A stretch of DNA of 64,000 nucleotides, taken from assembly GCA_035221665.1 (NCBI GenBank), contig CM069132.1:7998001-8062000 (forward strand), written 5' to 3'. This stretch comes from Okamejei kenojei. Lineage: Eukaryota. The translations under genes and the position numbers were made by a program. The notes under the pieces were generated by a model. It searched no databases, was not told where the DNA came from, and saw only the letters and a list, made by a program, of their open reading frames with translations. Below are positions 62,831 to 64,000 of the stretch, piece by piece; within the stretch, counting starts at the first letter, position 1, and each line of letters starts with the position of its first letter.

Positions 62831-63585
62831 ATCCGACCAGGCTGTGGCAGGCCACTGACTCGATAGATCCATGAAAAGGGTAAAATAGTAGATTCAAAGT
62901 CAGTAATGTGATGACCTCCCTCTATGTTGCAAACCTCTGTGATAAACTTCCAAGATAAAATAAGCCTCAATAAAAGCAGAAAATACTGAAACTGATAACA
63001 GGGAACATCTACTGGATAAAGGAACTGCTAAAGTTTCAAGCCTTGCCTCAGCTAATAAGAGTGCCCGAGACATACAAGTAGGTAATATCACCTTCCGGCC
63101 CCGGTCTCACCCTTACCTCTCACTTCTATATGTGTGGGGAGGAACTGCAGATGCTGGTTTACAACGAAGATAGACAAAAACTGCCGGAGTATCTCAGCGG
63201 GACAGGCAGCATCTCCTGTGAGAAGGAATGGGTGGCGTCAGTCTGGAGAAGGGTCGAAGAAACATCACCCATTCCTTCTCTCCAGAGATGTTGCCTGTGC
63301 CAATGAGTTACTCCAGCATTTTGTGTCTATCTTATCACTTCTATATACTGGTGGTGTTCTCTTCTCTCTGCACCCTGAGTGCACACTCTCAGACCTGGTG
63401 CAGGGTCTCAACTGTCCCATTGCCTTATAAATGCTGCTTGACACTGGGGTCTTCTAGCTGTCTCTCATTTGCTACAGATTCCACTATTTTTGTCTCCGAC
63501 TAATGCTGTTTCATATCACTGTACTGTAGGTTATCAAAGCAGACATGTTGGTGAGGGAACTGAAAAAAATGTAGTCAGCTGCAAA

Positions 63586-64000
63586 CTACTACACCATGGG
63601 CAGAGGTGCTTTTCCGTTTTATTTCATGACCCAAGTCACGTATCTACCTGTATTTATAACATATAGTGTAAAAATATTATCGAAATCATACCTGAAACTC
63701 GTCAAGACCAAAACCTGCACATATTTTTAAAATATGAGAAAAACCTCCAATCTTCCGAGTAGTAATTGTCCAATCAAAGCACGTTTGACATTGAGTCGGA
63801 CGCCAATTGACCAATCACGCGCTTGGTTTTAATTTTCTAGGCAGCGAGCACGCTGGGATCATGGCTGCCTCCTAATTACATCACAAAAATAGCAAGGTTT
63901 CGAAGGGATAAAGGTAATGCTCACCTTGCTGATAATTTTGTTTTACAACTGATTTATCTTTGTAAAGTTATGAAGTTGTGAACTGTGAAATTAAAATGAT
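63586..64000. repeat. Unclassified interspersed repeat, inverted homolog of 44125-44397, probably running off the window
   Basis: Shared blocks and a similar terminus (ctactacaccatgggc vs ctactagaccgtgagc). Confidence 0.6.

Noticed and set aside
63925-63982. Minus-strand exon-like segment (tttcacag ... AAG|gtgagc)
   Set aside because: Stop codons in all three frames and it lies within the unclassified repeat; not a coding exon.

Overview
Eukaryotic, repeat-dominated DNA. The repeat families (HE1/V-type tRNA SINEs, CR1 LINEs, Rex1/Babar LINEs, Penelope-like elements) point to a cartilaginous fish, probably a skate or ray; this is inference from repeat content only. No long host ORF is present, and almost all listed ORFs are repeat-derived or spurious. 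The window looks intronic, with 2-3 candidate small exons of an unidentified minus-strand gene (37923-38011, 12857-12901 or 12857-12967, 2472-2557). Well-bounded mobile elements include a decayed DD34E Tc1 transposon (33619-35469), a young L1 3' fragment with an intact ORF2 C-terminus and 15-bp TSD, a 2.9-kb CR1, hAT and Harbinger-like MITEs and several multi-level nests. The most notable signals are: (1) about 20 dispersed minimal hammerhead-ribozyme cores in Penelope-derived repeats, often in head-to-head palindromes; (2) a 259-bp DIRS-like miniature element whose empty site survives 1.3 kb away; (3) two CR1 copies inserted at almost the same position of a Rex1-type 3' terminal motif; (4) several local templated duplications. 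Coordinates were read by eye; boundaries lacking a TSD are approximate.
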